Assembly: GCF_001194135.2 (NCBI RefSeq)
Contig: NC_068986.1
Location: forward strand, 106,466,816-106,530,815
DNA: 64,000 nucleotides
Direction of reading: 5' to 3'
Origin: Octopus bimaculoides
Lineage: Eukaryota
The notes beneath the pieces were generated by a model. That model saw only the letters and a program-made list of their open reading frames with translations, made no database searches and was not told where the DNA came from. Positions 38,226 to 50,694 of the stretch are shown here, piece after piece. Position 1 is the stretch's first letter. Every line of letters starts with the position of its first letter. A program made the position numbers and the translations under genes.

Positions 38226-38766
38226 CACGGTTAATTTTAATTAAGCAGCAGCACGCTCGAGGGTCACTTTCCTACTACAATTTTTGTGATGATAGATCCA
38301 AAGTTTTATAGGATTTGACGAATTCTATAGAATAGTGAATCACTTTCCGGTTCTCATCAGCGTTTATTGATTTCTAGTTGGGATTATTTCTTGGTATCGC
38401 CAGCAACTTTTGCCAATTCATGGACGCTGTTGACCGTAATATTCTGGCGACTAATTGTAGGTCTTTCGAAATAATTTCTTTTTTTTATTTATTTATTCCT
38501 TTGAGATCAGTGGTTAAACAGCACATTAGACTATGTCGAATTTATTCCCTTAACTTCAGAACACTATGTTAAGTCAATGATGTTAGACAATGATATATCT
38601 ATAGTTTCTGACTATTTATACTTTAAGCATTAGGCTTGGTCTCAGTGTCAATAGTTTGCACCGGAGATTTTATCAGTGTACCCTTCTTCTAAAGCAGGGC
38701 AAATCTATTATGCTTCATGCTTGGAACCAACCACACAATTATTAATATTTCGTGGTATAAAAGGGA

Positions 38767-38978
38767 AGGTGGCGTGCTGACAGAATCATTAGCAAGCTGG
38801 GCAAAATGCTTAGCGCATTTCGTTCGTCTTTCCGTTCTGAGTTCAAATCCCACCGAAGTTAACTTAGATCTTCATCTTTACATTGTCGATAAAATAAGTA
38901 CCAGTTGAGTACATGGAGTCGATGTAATTGCCTCACACACAGACTGGAATTGGTGACCTTGTAACAAAATTTGAGACT
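38767..38978 (+). mobile_element. SINE family 2, degenerate
   Basis: ggcgtgctgacagaatcattagc..ctgagttcaaatcc..gtcgataaaataagtaccagt. Confidence 0.8.
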
Positions 38979-38994
38979 AACATTTAATGATACA

Positions 38995-39259
38995 TTATTT
39001 ACATTATTTATATTTGACGGATATTTGTCCTCATCGTGTTTGTTATTAACACAACCTTTTGGCTAAAATACCCTTCAGCTTTCATCAGGTATCTTGGGGA
39101 AATTTCGAAACTGGGTTCTCATTTTCAAGGTTCGAAATTTCCCCAAGACACCTGATGAGGGCATATCAGCCAAAACGCATTAACAACAAACAAGATGAGG
39201 ACAAATATCCGTCAAATGTAAATAATGTACATATTTCCTCATCTCTTAAATATAGAACT
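38995..39259. mobile_element. Head-to-head pair of family A hammerhead units (inverted pseudo-LTR structure)
   Basis: Minus copy about 38995-39130, plus copy 39128-39259; both have CTGATGA cores but G12 is mutated to A. Confidence 0.85.
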
Positions 39260-39754
39260 GAACATTTAGTGGAGTACATATGAAACCTGGTTAGTCTATA
39301 ATATTTGGCACAAGTAATGAAATCTGCTATACCTCTCAATTATAAGTGGAAATCTCTGTGTTTTTTTTTTTGAGAGGGGGGGGGGGCTAGACAGATCTAA
39401 CATTTTTTGTATTCTGTATCTCTGGAATTATTGGTGAAAGAAATGAAGAGTTGCGTCTGTGATTGTTTGTGCATGCATCCAGGCGTTTACAATTGAGAAA
39501 CGATGTCTCTTTTATGATGTGGAACTCCATTCTAATGGTAACCTCATTGCATACAAATGCATTCAAATGGCGCCGGCGTTCTATACAAACACTCTTGTTT
39601 GTGTCAATAATAATTCAACAGAATCGAATGTATGCTTGAAACTTTAGGCATTGAATTTTTTTGCATAGAGTCTCACTCAATGTCTCTCCAACTCTTTTCA
39701 TTTTCTCTTCTTTTGGCTTCTCTTATCTCTTGTCTTCTCTCTTTCTGTCTATCT

Positions 39755-39794
<40 letters not shown>

Positions 39795-40099
39795 GCACAC
39801 ACACTTTCGTTTACATTCCAACATACTCTTGTACTTCAGTTAGATACTGAGCAACTACATAAACAGTGTTATTTGCGTCTTTCCTTTACCTAAGAATAGA
39901 GATTACACTTGAAATCCTGCATGCAGGCACACACAGAAAGTTAGATACGGATGTGTATAAATAGGCAGATACGGGCTTCTGTAAGTGTGGTTGAATATGA
40001 TTTCATGTAAACTGGTTCATTCATAGTTACACACATGCACACACACACATGCACACACACACACGCCATATACCATATATATTCACTCTCTTCCTATAC

Positions 40100-40250
40100 T
40101 CTCTCTGTTCATTTCATCGTGTTCCTTTCTGTTGAAGAGCATAGGCTCGAAATGCAAAAGACTTTCTCACCTTCCCGAGCTTTAAACTAATACAGCACTT
40201 TGTTGTTTATACACCTGCCTTCGTCTTTTGTTTTTCTATAAATTTCAACA
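40100..40250 (+). mobile_element. Hammerhead-bearing repeat family B
   Basis: CTTT-CTGTTGA-A-GAGC(ATAG)GCTC-GAAA-TGC-A-AAAG at 40125-40160; stem III mutated; ends in (TA)n. Confidence 0.75.
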
Positions 40251-40757
40251 ATATATATATATATATATATACTACAATACTTACCTATCTTTATATGTAT
40301 ATTTGTATATGTATATATATATATATATGCGTATATCTGTCCATGAATGTATGCATGAGCAAATGTTTCTGAAATACTCGTAAATATTGTAACTTGATTG
40401 AAGATACACATAATAAATGATTCATCTTTTTAACTTCAACCCTGCTCCACCTCGTTCTTCCTGATATAGTTTAGATATGTAGCCATCGTTATTTTTATGA
40501 TATTTATTTTACTTCATCGTGAGAATTGAAAATGTTATTTTGCGAAGTCAGCACTTTTACCAAGATTATTAAATATTTACGTGGTATCTTGCTTCTTTTC
40601 ATTTTGCTGATATTAGTGAGTGACGAAAAGCCTAGAGAAATGCAATGGAAATGAAATTAATTTCAAATGCGAGTTAAGATTGAAGATTGCCAGCTATCAG
40701 TGACTACCGGTTATCATGTTAGCTAAATTAAGATTTCGGAGGGACTACGCATAATTT

Positions 40758-41020
<263 letters not shown>

Positions 41021-41100
41021 ATAACAACAACAACAACAACAAAAACAACAACAACAACAACAACAACAATAATAATGATAATGATAATAATAATAGTCAA

Positions 41101-41303
41101 ATTCCTAAAACAAACACCGGGACTAACAAGTATACATAACCTACAAAAAATAGCACTACTAGGCATTGCACACATCCAACGTAAAGCATTTTTAAAACAG
41201 TAAAAATAAGAGCATCACAACAAACCAGAGCACATACCCAAGACACACAGAGCTGCGCTCGGTAGTGCAGTGGAAGCACGTGATTAAAATAAGACAACTG
41301 AAT
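41101..41303 (+). mobile_element. R4/Dong 3' end (about 200 bp)
   Basis: FLKQTPGLTSIHNLQKIALLGIAHIQRK* plus a 3' UTR shared with 42901-43003; TAA arrays on both sides. Confidence 0.8.
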
Positions 41304-41312
41304 AGTAATATT

Positions 41313-41408
<96 letters not shown>

Positions 41409-41486
41409 AAGAAGAAGAAGAAGAAGAAGAAGAAGAAGAAGAAGAAGAAGAAGAAGAAGAAGAAGAAGAAGAAGAAGAAGAAGAAG

Positions 41487-42840
41487 GAACAAACCTGTTA
41501 CTGACTTTTAATAAGATGCACCATCCAAAGGCAGACGTGGATCGTCTTTACCTTCCCAGAGCTCAGGGAGATCGAGGCTTTATCCAGCTTGAACTTACGT
41601 ACAAAACCATCACAATCGGACTGGCCAAATACCTTGAAACAACCAACGATTGGATGCTGAAACATGTTGAAAAACATGAAAGACCGAAAAAAACTTCACT
41701 CTATTCTGAAAGAGAGCAAAAAAATTGCTACTGATCTCTTAAATACTCACCAGCTTGATCAAGTTGAAGGAAATGCGCCAACTGCTGCTGCAAAGAAAAT
41801 AAAATTAATTGCAAAGACAAAAGCACATGAAAAATTAGCTAGCAGATGGGAAGAGAAACCTCTGCATGGCAAGTATGTGGCTCGTAGCAAACAAGCTGAT
41901 GTCGACCAGAAACGCACGCATCAATGGCTACGAAGCTCAGGACGGTATATACGTCGAAACCGAAATGCTGATGTAGACCAGGCAACAACCCATCTGTGGT
42001 TGAAAAGCTCAGGACTGAAAGCAGCGACTAAAGGTTTCATATTAACGACACAAGACCAAAGCTTGCTAACCAAAAGCTATCAGGCTAACCTTCTTCAAAA
42101 TAGTTCTGACCATAAATGCAGATTCTGCGGCACATTTGACGAAACAATGTATCAAATGTCCTGCGCTGACACCAAACGAATACAAAAATTACCACGATAG
42201 GATAGGAGCATTTTTACATTGGAAAATATTTAAACACAAAATCAACACTCCTGCTTACTGGTATGTACATTATCGTGAGCCAGTGTCTGATATTTCAAAT
42301 GTCATTATCCCTTGGGATTTTCTAATCATCACCGACAAAGCGATTCAGGATAATCGACCAGACATAGTCATTAAAGTCAGGGAAGAAATACTTGTAGTCT
42401 AATAGATGTAAGTGTTCCCACTGATAAAAATATATCCGTGTTCGAACTGTAAAAATATATCTGACAAATTAAGTAAATATAAGGAGCAGAAAATTGAAAT
42501 ATAAAAGATGTGGCATCTTAAAGCGAGAGCTGTTCCTTTTCTTGTGGGTGCACTAGATATGATAAAAAAGGTATCTCAAAAACATCTAAATAAAATCCCA
42601 GGAGAACTATGTCTCAGAGAAATCTAAAAGATTGTGGTGACATGTACTGCCCACGTTCTTTAAAACATATTATCAATCTAAATGTCTGTGTTGTCTTACA
42701 TGAAGATATTTCGCTACTGCCCCTGCCACTTCCCCTCCCCAAGCTTTCAGTCATACTGTAACATCTCTTATCCTTCAATCACCCTAGGACGCTGAGTGTG
42801 TCTCGGCAACTGATTGTAGCAAACGTGCAGAGTAAATGCA

Positions 42841-42841
<1 letters not shown>
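41487..42841 (+). mobile_element. 5'-truncated R4/Dong RLE retrotransposon
   Basis: HHPKADVDRLYLPR, WLKSSGLKA.T.GFIL..QDQ, CRFCG..C..HDR zinc knuckle, WDF..TD..NRPDIV (PD-D/ExK nuclease), AHVL..LSI*, 3' UTR and (AAT)n tail; frameshifted. Confidence 0.92.
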
Positions 42842-42900
<59 letters not shown>

Positions 42901-42901
<1 letters not shown>

Positions 42902-43003
42902 GTAAACATAAGAGCACCACAGCAAACCACAGCACATACCCAAGGCGCACAGAGCTGCGCTCGGTAGTGAAGTGAAAGCACGTTATAAAAATAAAACCAC
43001 TGA
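42901..43003 (+). mobile_element. R4/Dong 3' UTR-only insertion
   Basis: Matches 41201-41303; TAA arrays on both sides. Confidence 0.8.
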
Positions 43004-43005
43004 AC

Positions 43006-43070
<65 letters not shown>

Positions 43071-43071
<1 letters not shown>

Positions 43072-44700
43072 TCGAGAAATGAAAGTGGTATAGTGTAAGA
43101 GATGAACAATTGTCCGCAAGAATACAATACCGTGAATTGTGAACGAATTAAGGTCAGTGACTGCTCAAATAATGAAGATCGATTAATAATAGACAGAATT
43201 GTGGATCTATTAAATACAGAAGGGACAGAATTTGTGTGCAACTTTAAGAAGGCTAACTAATGGAGACTAAATCGAATAAAGTCAATATTGAATAAAGTCA
43301 ATAAAGACACATTGGAATAAAGAACATCACACAAACAAATACATTTCCATGGCTGCTAGTAGGATTGTGGCGGAAAGGATGAGACTGGGAACTACTGAGA
43401 ATAGAACAGCGACGGATAGAAGAGAAAATAAACGACCTTGGTGGAAAAGGAGAATTTCTGAAGATGTAAACTCATTGAACAGCGTAATGTCAGTACTTGT
43501 CAAGAAAAGAAATGGAGAACTTAAGAATGAATATAAATTCGAAAAAGTTAATAAGACTATGGTGTAGATAGAAAAGACCTGGATGTTGTAATTGAAGAAC
43601 TGAAGCCGCACATACGCGCGCAAAAAAGCAAAGCTAGCTAGGTTTGGAGAACGTCGTAAGCAATGCCAGCAAAACAAATTGTTTAGAACCGATCAATAAC
43701 GATTTTACCAAGAGATTAATGACAATAAAAAAAAACTTGAAAGATTAGTCCCTGATGCTGATGAAAGTTCACGCTTTGTGGGTAAGATATAGAGTAAGCA
43801 AGAACAACATAATACTACAGCTGAATGGATTTGCAGCTTGAAGCAAACAACTTCTTATCCCCCAGCAAGAGGCTACCCACTTCACAGAAAACAGTATCAT
43901 AAATATGAGTAAAAAGATAAGCAATTGGAAACTAGCAGGATCTGATGGTATATATGGATTTGGGATTAAAAAGTCCAGTAGTTGTCATAAATTGATCGCA
44001 GAACAATTTAATACATTGATTAATGGAGAATTTGAAGTCCTCGGCTGGTTGACAAAAGGACGAACGGTGTTGTGCCTGAAGGATACATTAAAGAGAAACA
44101 CTGCTGACAATTACAGACCAATTTCCTGTCTCCCGTTAATATTGAAGTTACTGTCAGAAGGAATTGCAGAAGAAGTGTACAAATTTCTTGATGAGGACGA
44201 TATATTACCGACGGAATAAAACGGCTGTAGAAGGTGATGCAGAAGTACCAAAGATCAACTACTGGTAGACAAAATGATAATGCAATATTGTAAACGAAAG
44301 AGAACAAATCTGGGAATGGCCTGGATTGACTATTGCAAAGCTTATGACATGATTCCACATTGGTGGATCATCGAGTGCTTCGATCTGTTTGGAATTGCGA
44401 GGAATGTAACGTGTTTCCTGAAGAGAAGAATGGTGCGATGGAAAAAACTGAACTGACATCTTACGGAAAAAGCTTGGGCACGCTGGGTACCAGGAGAGGG
44501 ATACTCCAGGGTGACAGCCCGTCTCCGCTGCTTTTCGTTCTTTGCCTGATACTCTTGAACGTGGTACTCAAGCAAATGAACCTGGGTCGCCAACTGACGA
44601 TGCGGTAAGAATTATCCATTGGGAGCTCTGCGGAAATCAAAGCCTAAAAAGAGCAAAGACGTGGTATGAATAAACCCCAGAAGGAATCACCGAAAATAAA
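43071..44700 (+). mobile_element. R4/Dong retrotransposon (second lineage), RT N-terminal half with an internal deletion to the RLE region
   Basis: [57 protein letters not shown], then jumps to IIHWELCG..WYE.TPEG. Confidence 0.9.
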
Positions 44701-45440
44701 ACTTCCAAGCAGTCAACCACCTCCTCATTATTCCAAAGAATAATGAAACTAAATTTCCGTAAAACCTTCGGCCCATAATCTGCCTATCTACCACGTATAA
44801 CATTTTAACATCCATCCTCGTGGAGAAAACACACGCATTTATGGAGCACAACAATATTTTCCCTACTGAACAAAAAGGGTGCCGATGAGGCTCATATGGA
44901 TGCAAATATCAGCTCTTAATCAATCTCATATTCCCCGAGAACTGCCGTAACAAGCGCAGAAATCTCAGTCCCGCATGGATTGATTATAAAAAGGCCTTTG
45001 ACAGCATACTGTATTTATGGATTTTAAAATCGCTAGATAACTTCAAAATTTCACCAGTAGTTTCAAACTTCTCAAGCACAACATGTCAGTTTAGAATACG
45101 AATCTCGATTTGCACCACTCTAATGGTGCAATGACATCCAACGGTATTAATATCAACTATGGCATTTTCGAAGGTACTCACTTACACCCCAAACTTTTTG
45201 CATAGCCATAATACTCCTTACAAGTGAACTTAACAGAATAAGGTATGGGTTGAAAACTAACAAGACAATAATCCATCTAGTTTATATGGAGGACTTAAAA
45301 CTCTATGACAAAGATAATAATGAGCTTGAGGGTCAATTACGTACTGTGAAAGCATTCAGTGATGACATCAGGATGGAATTTGGTCTTGGTAAATGTGTCA
45401 AGGTCACTTTCCAGAAGAGAAAATTGAAGACGTCATTAGA
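44701..45440 (+). mobile_element. R4/Dong RT core fragment (first lineage)
   Basis: LRPIICLSTTY, EQKGC, AWIDYKKAFDS, YMEDLKLY (YMDD-like), DIRMEFGLGKC. Confidence 0.9.
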
Positions 45441-46919
45441 TGCTAATTGGGGAAAATGCACGTGTTGCTTTCAGAGTGGCATTTTCTCACTTGAAAAAGC
45501 TTCAGGCATTAGCATCGATTGATTTCTAACGTCTCTAATAATATCTCTTTTATTGCACACTAGAGCTGGCCGCAGCCAAAAATGGCAAAACAATCAATGA
45601 ATGATTTTGTGATTGAATGAAGACATGTGTCGGCAAGTGCGCCCATCATTTCTACATCTGTATAAAAGATTATAGGTCCCTAGCTGGACAATAGTCTGCG
45701 CTGTTCATAATTTTCAGAAAATTGTTAGAATTAGAGTTGCAGTCGTCACGTACTTACGTACACCTATGTATGCGTGTGTACAAAAACAGTCTTAGAAATT
45801 TTCTAGAAGTTAACGGTTTTCTCTTTTGCGTACATTTTAGTCTTAGAATGTCCCCTACATTTGGTGTTCAACATTTTTAACATTTCGCTTGCATTCATTC
45901 CTTTAAATGTATTTCAGTATTGTTTCTAATTTTATCACTTCTATATTTCCATTATGAACGGCACATATACTAACATATTTTTTGTTAATTAGATTACACG
46001 AGTCTTTGTGTTAATTGCTGTTTTGTTTTTTGTACCATAGAAATTATATTGCCAATTATTTCTTCACACCACTGGAAAAAAAATGTTTTCTGAAGGAATA
46101 GCAATTATCTTTCAAGTTAGCGTTATATAATTTAACATACTTTGATAAGTTCGGGGTATATTATATAGATAGCTAAAGAAATTATGAATCGTTCGTACCA
46201 ATATTTAATAGAAGTTTGCAAATAGAATTCTGTGCATCACACTCTTCGATATGTAATATGTTGTATCAGCCTCTTTTAAAATTTTGAAGTGATATTTTTA
46301 AAGTTGGATATTTATTCCAAAAGTGCAAAGATCCGGTTTACGTGTACAGTATAGTCTCAGCTATTGTTCATAAGCATAAATTTATTACTCTTAAGCTTTA
46401 ATCCTCCAGAGAAGAAAATAGGGATTAATCTGTGACATACTCGACTGTGGACTTTAACAAAATTATATGTGGACTTGAATACATATGCTCCCCACAGTTT
46501 CTATTTAGCTATACAGAAATACACGTGATGTTCTAAATGCTAGTTAGGTATTGCGCAATTCAAATTTGGGTATGTCACAGGTTAATCCCTATTTTCACAT
46601 ATCGATGTTCTTACTTTACTTCTTTCTACATCTCAAACAGAGTCTATATCATGTTAAAAGCGCTTCCATTGATTTTTACCAAAAGACATAATTTTGAGAG
46701 CACCATTTCAGGCGATTAATAAGTTAATTTGTTCTCCACTTTCTATTATATGATTTTCATTTAAATCATACAACAATAAACTCTTGATATTTAATCTTCT
46801 AGCATATCTGTATATAGAAACATGCATGTTATAATAATTTGGTGATATAAATTTAACGGCAGTTCTTATATGCTCAATTAAACAACATACAACGTTGCTA
46901 ACTTTATTCTAAATCTAAT

Positions 46920-47080
46920 ATTGGACCCTAATTTTGGTACAACGCCAGCGGTTTATATTATTGAACACAAAAGGATGAAAGACAAAGTCGACCTCGGAAA
47001 AATTTGAGCTAGGAATGGAAGAAATGCCGCTAAGCATTCTGCCCAGCGTGCTAACCACTCTGATATCCCGCTGCCTTATA
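46920..47080 (-). mobile_element. SINE family 2, degenerate
   Basis: aaggatgaaagacaaagtcgacctcgg..gccgctaagcattctgcccagcgtgctaac. Confidence 0.75.
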
Positions 47081-47174
47081 TTCTAAATCTAATAGCAGTT
47101 GTCATTGATTAACATATATATATGAATGTATGTATGCATGCATGTATGTATGTATGTATGTATGTATATATATA

Positions 47175-47333
47175 CAACAAGTTTCTTTCAATTTACATCT
47201 ACCAGATTCACTCACAAGATTTTGGTCGGCCCGAGGCTATAGTAGAAGACACTTTCCCAAGGTACCACGCAGTGGAACTGAATCCGGAACAATGTGGTTG
47301 GTAAGCAATTTAATTACCGCACAACTGCGCCTA

Positions 47334-47334
<1 letters not shown>
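47175..47334 (-). mobile_element. SINE family 1 5' half
   Basis: ttggtcggcccgaggctatagtagaagacac..ccacgcagtggaactgaatccggaac. Confidence 0.85.
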
Positions 47335-47375
<41 letters not shown>

Positions 47376-49244
47376 ATAATATTTTCATTTAATCAAGATA
47401 CTTTTAGCCTGAAACGAAGCCTGCGGTATATCTCTCGCTTGGCTATTTAACACTTCCGAGGTTACACTCGCTAGAAAACATATGTTACCCAGATTTTATC
47501 TATTCTGTTCCTTAACTCTTGGATTTTTATTCGCTTACCTGGCAACCCTAGCGAATTACCGTGAAATATCAAAAATCATTTTCAACTTATCGTACTTCGG
47601 TACAAAAATAATCCAAAACCTTCCGCTCCAATAAACCACTATCGTTCCTGAAAGATGTTCTTTTATTCTATTTCCTAGGAATTGCTTGAAGCTCGCTTTC
47701 GTCCTACACCTCGAACCTAGGACTATACACAAATACATACATACACACCTACATGCATGCATATATATATATATATATAGATGCGTGTGTGTGTGTGTGT
47801 GTGTGTGTGTATCGTCGGAATAAGTTTGAATATAAAGTAAAATTTGCATAAGTATTACTGGTATCCAAATACGTTAAATGGAAGAGATTTACGCAACTTG
47901 CGCTGTGACTCTATGACTGTACTCCGGTCTAATCGCAACTCACTGGTTGACAAAAATATAATTGATTGATTGAATCGCTACTGTAACCACTAATCACTAA
48001 ACCCGTTTAACCACGAACTACCGCCTTGCTTCCTGTCTACAACTTGGTGTACATACTTCAAATGTATTCAAAACTATAACAATAATTTTTAATTAGCAGG
48101 CTGAACTCTCACAGTTCACCATAATTCTCTGTCGTAGATTTGACTATACATGTGTAAAAACATAAATGTTTGATTATAACACGTCACGATTGTATTTATG
48201 GCTTTATAGTTAGAGTATATGTATCTTATATCTTGCATCTATCGTTTCGCTTGTAGTCATTTTAATTATTTCAACTTGTGATACATCAGGCTTTTGTAAT
48301 TGTATACAATGGAATACATATTGATTTGATATTAACTCTATTGAATAGAATTGAGACACAGAAATAATTTCTTAGCACTAACAGTACACTGGAGTTTATC
48401 TCGAATTTACATACGAATTATCATGCAATGTGAATAAATAAATATTTGAATAAGCAAATGCTTACGTATAAAAGAACGATAGAAATAAATCATTTGAAAT
48501 TGTATATGATGCATAAATGTTCAGCATTGGAAATTGTTTTGAATAGAATATACGGGAGGTGTGACAGGAATTGAAGTCAGCATGAAAGAAAGAAGTTATA
48601 AAAGAAAGATCAATGGTTCGATACAGATAAGTATCATTGATATTATTTAGAGGTGAGGACTAGAATATGTTTCCTAGAAATGGCTAGATGCGGATGAGCC
48701 TGTTCGGATCGCACGTCTAGTGGTTCAGTGCTTGCCTATGGAACCCCCCACGTATTAGTAGATTTGGTAATGATGTTCAAATGAATACACTAGCTGAAGT
48801 GTATTCACTTGAAAAAGATACAGACATTTTCGACATTTCTGCTGATGTTACCAATATGCATTATTGCACCTTTCTCATACATATTTTGCCTTGAATTCTG
48901 CCCTATCTACTTCAATATATCGCAGTAAATATCATGGTGTGACCAATACAAAATCAATGAATTCCAAATACCCAGTCACCATAGTAACAAACGCATATTA
49001 TAGTGGAGATACACCCTTGATGTCAGATATGGTTACGGGAGACGCTCTTATTTCGTAGCCAGGAGAATACTACAGGAGGCATCGATCTGTACGTTAGTGC
49101 AATAAAAAGGTCGATCATCAGATGTCATTTGATTGTTTGAATGCTCCACGAAACATTCGCATGAACAGTGATGAATAATACGATTAGACGCAGCTGACTG
49201 GATATTCAATATATATATGCATGTATATATATATATATAAGTTC

Positions 49245-49400
49245 AAAAAACAGTCAAAAAACAATAACAAAAAACAACAACGTGAGGACGTGATACGGAT
49301 AGTATTACCTGACGCTCGGGAGAGGAAAGAGAGAGAGTATGACGTTTCGGACGGAGCCCTTTGTCGGAAACAAGGAAAGTTCAAAGAAGGGAAAAACGGA
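49245..49400 (-). mobile_element. Degenerate hammerhead-bearing repeat related to families B and C
   Basis: Minus strand 49371-49337 GTTT-CCGACAA-A-GGGC(TCC)GTCC-GAAAC-GTC-ATAC; followed by cccgagcgtcaggtaatac and (TA)n. Confidence 0.55.
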
Positions 49401-49704
49401 GGAAGAAAAAATCAGCACCGATGTCCACGAGGTTACATTGTGGAAGGACCGGAAGAGGAAGTGGTGGAGGAAAAGTTCTTTCTAAGACAGGAGAGTGAAA
49501 AAGGTAGGTGAATATGTGTGCATGCGCGAGGGTCTGCAAGTGTGCGTGTAATAACAGAACGTGTGTGTGCGTATGTATGTGTGCGTATGTATGTGTGCGT
49601 GTGTGTGCGAGGTTTGGTTGTTTATCTGTTAGTGTGTATGTGTATGTGTTTGTGTGACGTAGTGGAAGGAATTAGTAGCAGGAATAGTTAGGGAGTGCTT
49701 GTGG

Positions 49705-49745
<41 letters not shown>

Positions 49746-49840
49746 GTGTCGGTATTGGCAGTGGAGTTGTGATTCTCCTAGTTACTATGTGTATTTTTAT
49801 TTAGAGTTTAAAAACATTTTAGATACTAATTCCATTCACG

Positions 49841-49985
49841 TTATTTACAATTGACGGATATTTGTCCTCATCTTGTTTGTTGTTAACACAACGTTTCGGC
49901 TGATATACCTTCCAGCCTTCATCAGGTGTCTTGGGGAAATTTCGAACCTGGGTTCTCATTCCGAGGGTATTTTTCGATGTTTTTA
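49841..49985 (-). mobile_element. Family A hammerhead unit (about 175-bp element), 3'-truncated
   Basis: Same sequence as 50521-50694 and 39128-39259. Confidence 0.88.
49885..49930 (-). ncRNA. Structurally complete minimal type I hammerhead ribozyme
   Basis: GACAC-CUGAUGA-A-GGCUG(GAAGGUAUAU)CAGCC-GAAA-CGU-U-GUGUU: stem I 5 bp (one G-U), stem II 5 bp, ACGU stem III, GUU triplet. Confidence 0.78.
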
Positions 49986-49997
49986 CTCTTATTATTA

Positions 49998-50034
<37 letters not shown>

Positions 50035-50064
50035 TGTCACTATCTGGAATCGAACGCGGAAATA

Positions 50065-50130
50065 TGGCCTAGTGGTTAAGAGCGCAGGCTACTAACGCCA
50101 AGATTCTGACTTCGATTCCAGGCAGTAACC
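50065..50130 (+). mobile_element. tRNA-like SINE head fragment
   Basis: tggcctagtggttaagagcg (A-box) and gacttcgattcc (B-box-like); no acceptor stem. Confidence 0.6.
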
Positions 50131-50152
50131 TGAATACTAATAATATTTTGTA

Positions 50153-50350
50153 TTCTAGGCACAAGGCCCCAAAAATTTAGGGGATGGGACCTAAATTAGA
50201 TCGACCCCAGTACACAACTGGTACTTAATTTATCGACCCCGAAAGGATGAAAGGCAAAGTCGACCTCGGAGGAATTTGAACTCAGAACGTAAAGACAGAC
50301 GAAATACCGCTAAGCATTTCGCCCGGCGTGCTAACGTTTCTGCCAGCTCG
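50153..50350 (-). mobile_element. SINE family 2, near full length
   Basis: Close to the 53012-53240 and 59873-60097 copies in head and core. Confidence 0.9.
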
Positions 50351-50351
50351 T

Positions 50352-50352
50352 A

Positions 50353-50448
<96 letters not shown>

Positions 50449-50493
50449 AAGAAGAAGAAGAAGAAGAAGAAGAAGAAGAAGAAGAAGAAGAAG

Positions 50494-50523
<30 letters not shown>
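50352..50523. repeat. Compound (TAA)n(GAA)n(CAA)n microsatellite
   Basis: Read directly; a similar (TAA)n(GAA)n array lies at about 41316-41486. Confidence 0.95.
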
Positions 50524-50524
<1 letters not shown>

Positions 50525-50694
50525 TCGAAAAATACCTTAGGAATGAGAACCCAGATTCGAAATTTCCCCAAGACACCTGATGAAGGATGGAGAGTGCATC
50601 AGCCGAAAATTGTGTTAACAAGAAACAAGATGAGAACAAATATCCGTCAATTGTAAATAATGCACATAATTCCTCATCTCTTAAATATAGAACT
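50521..50694 (+). mobile_element. Family A hammerhead unit, full span, ribozyme degenerate
   Basis: GACAC-CTGATGA at 50572-50583; stem II has a C>A change; GAAA-ATT instead of GAAA-CGTT. Confidence 0.88.

Noticed and set aside
48975-48988. RFX X-box match GTCACCATAGTAAC
   Set aside because: A rough estimate gives on the order of one chance match per window of this size and composition; no linked gene.
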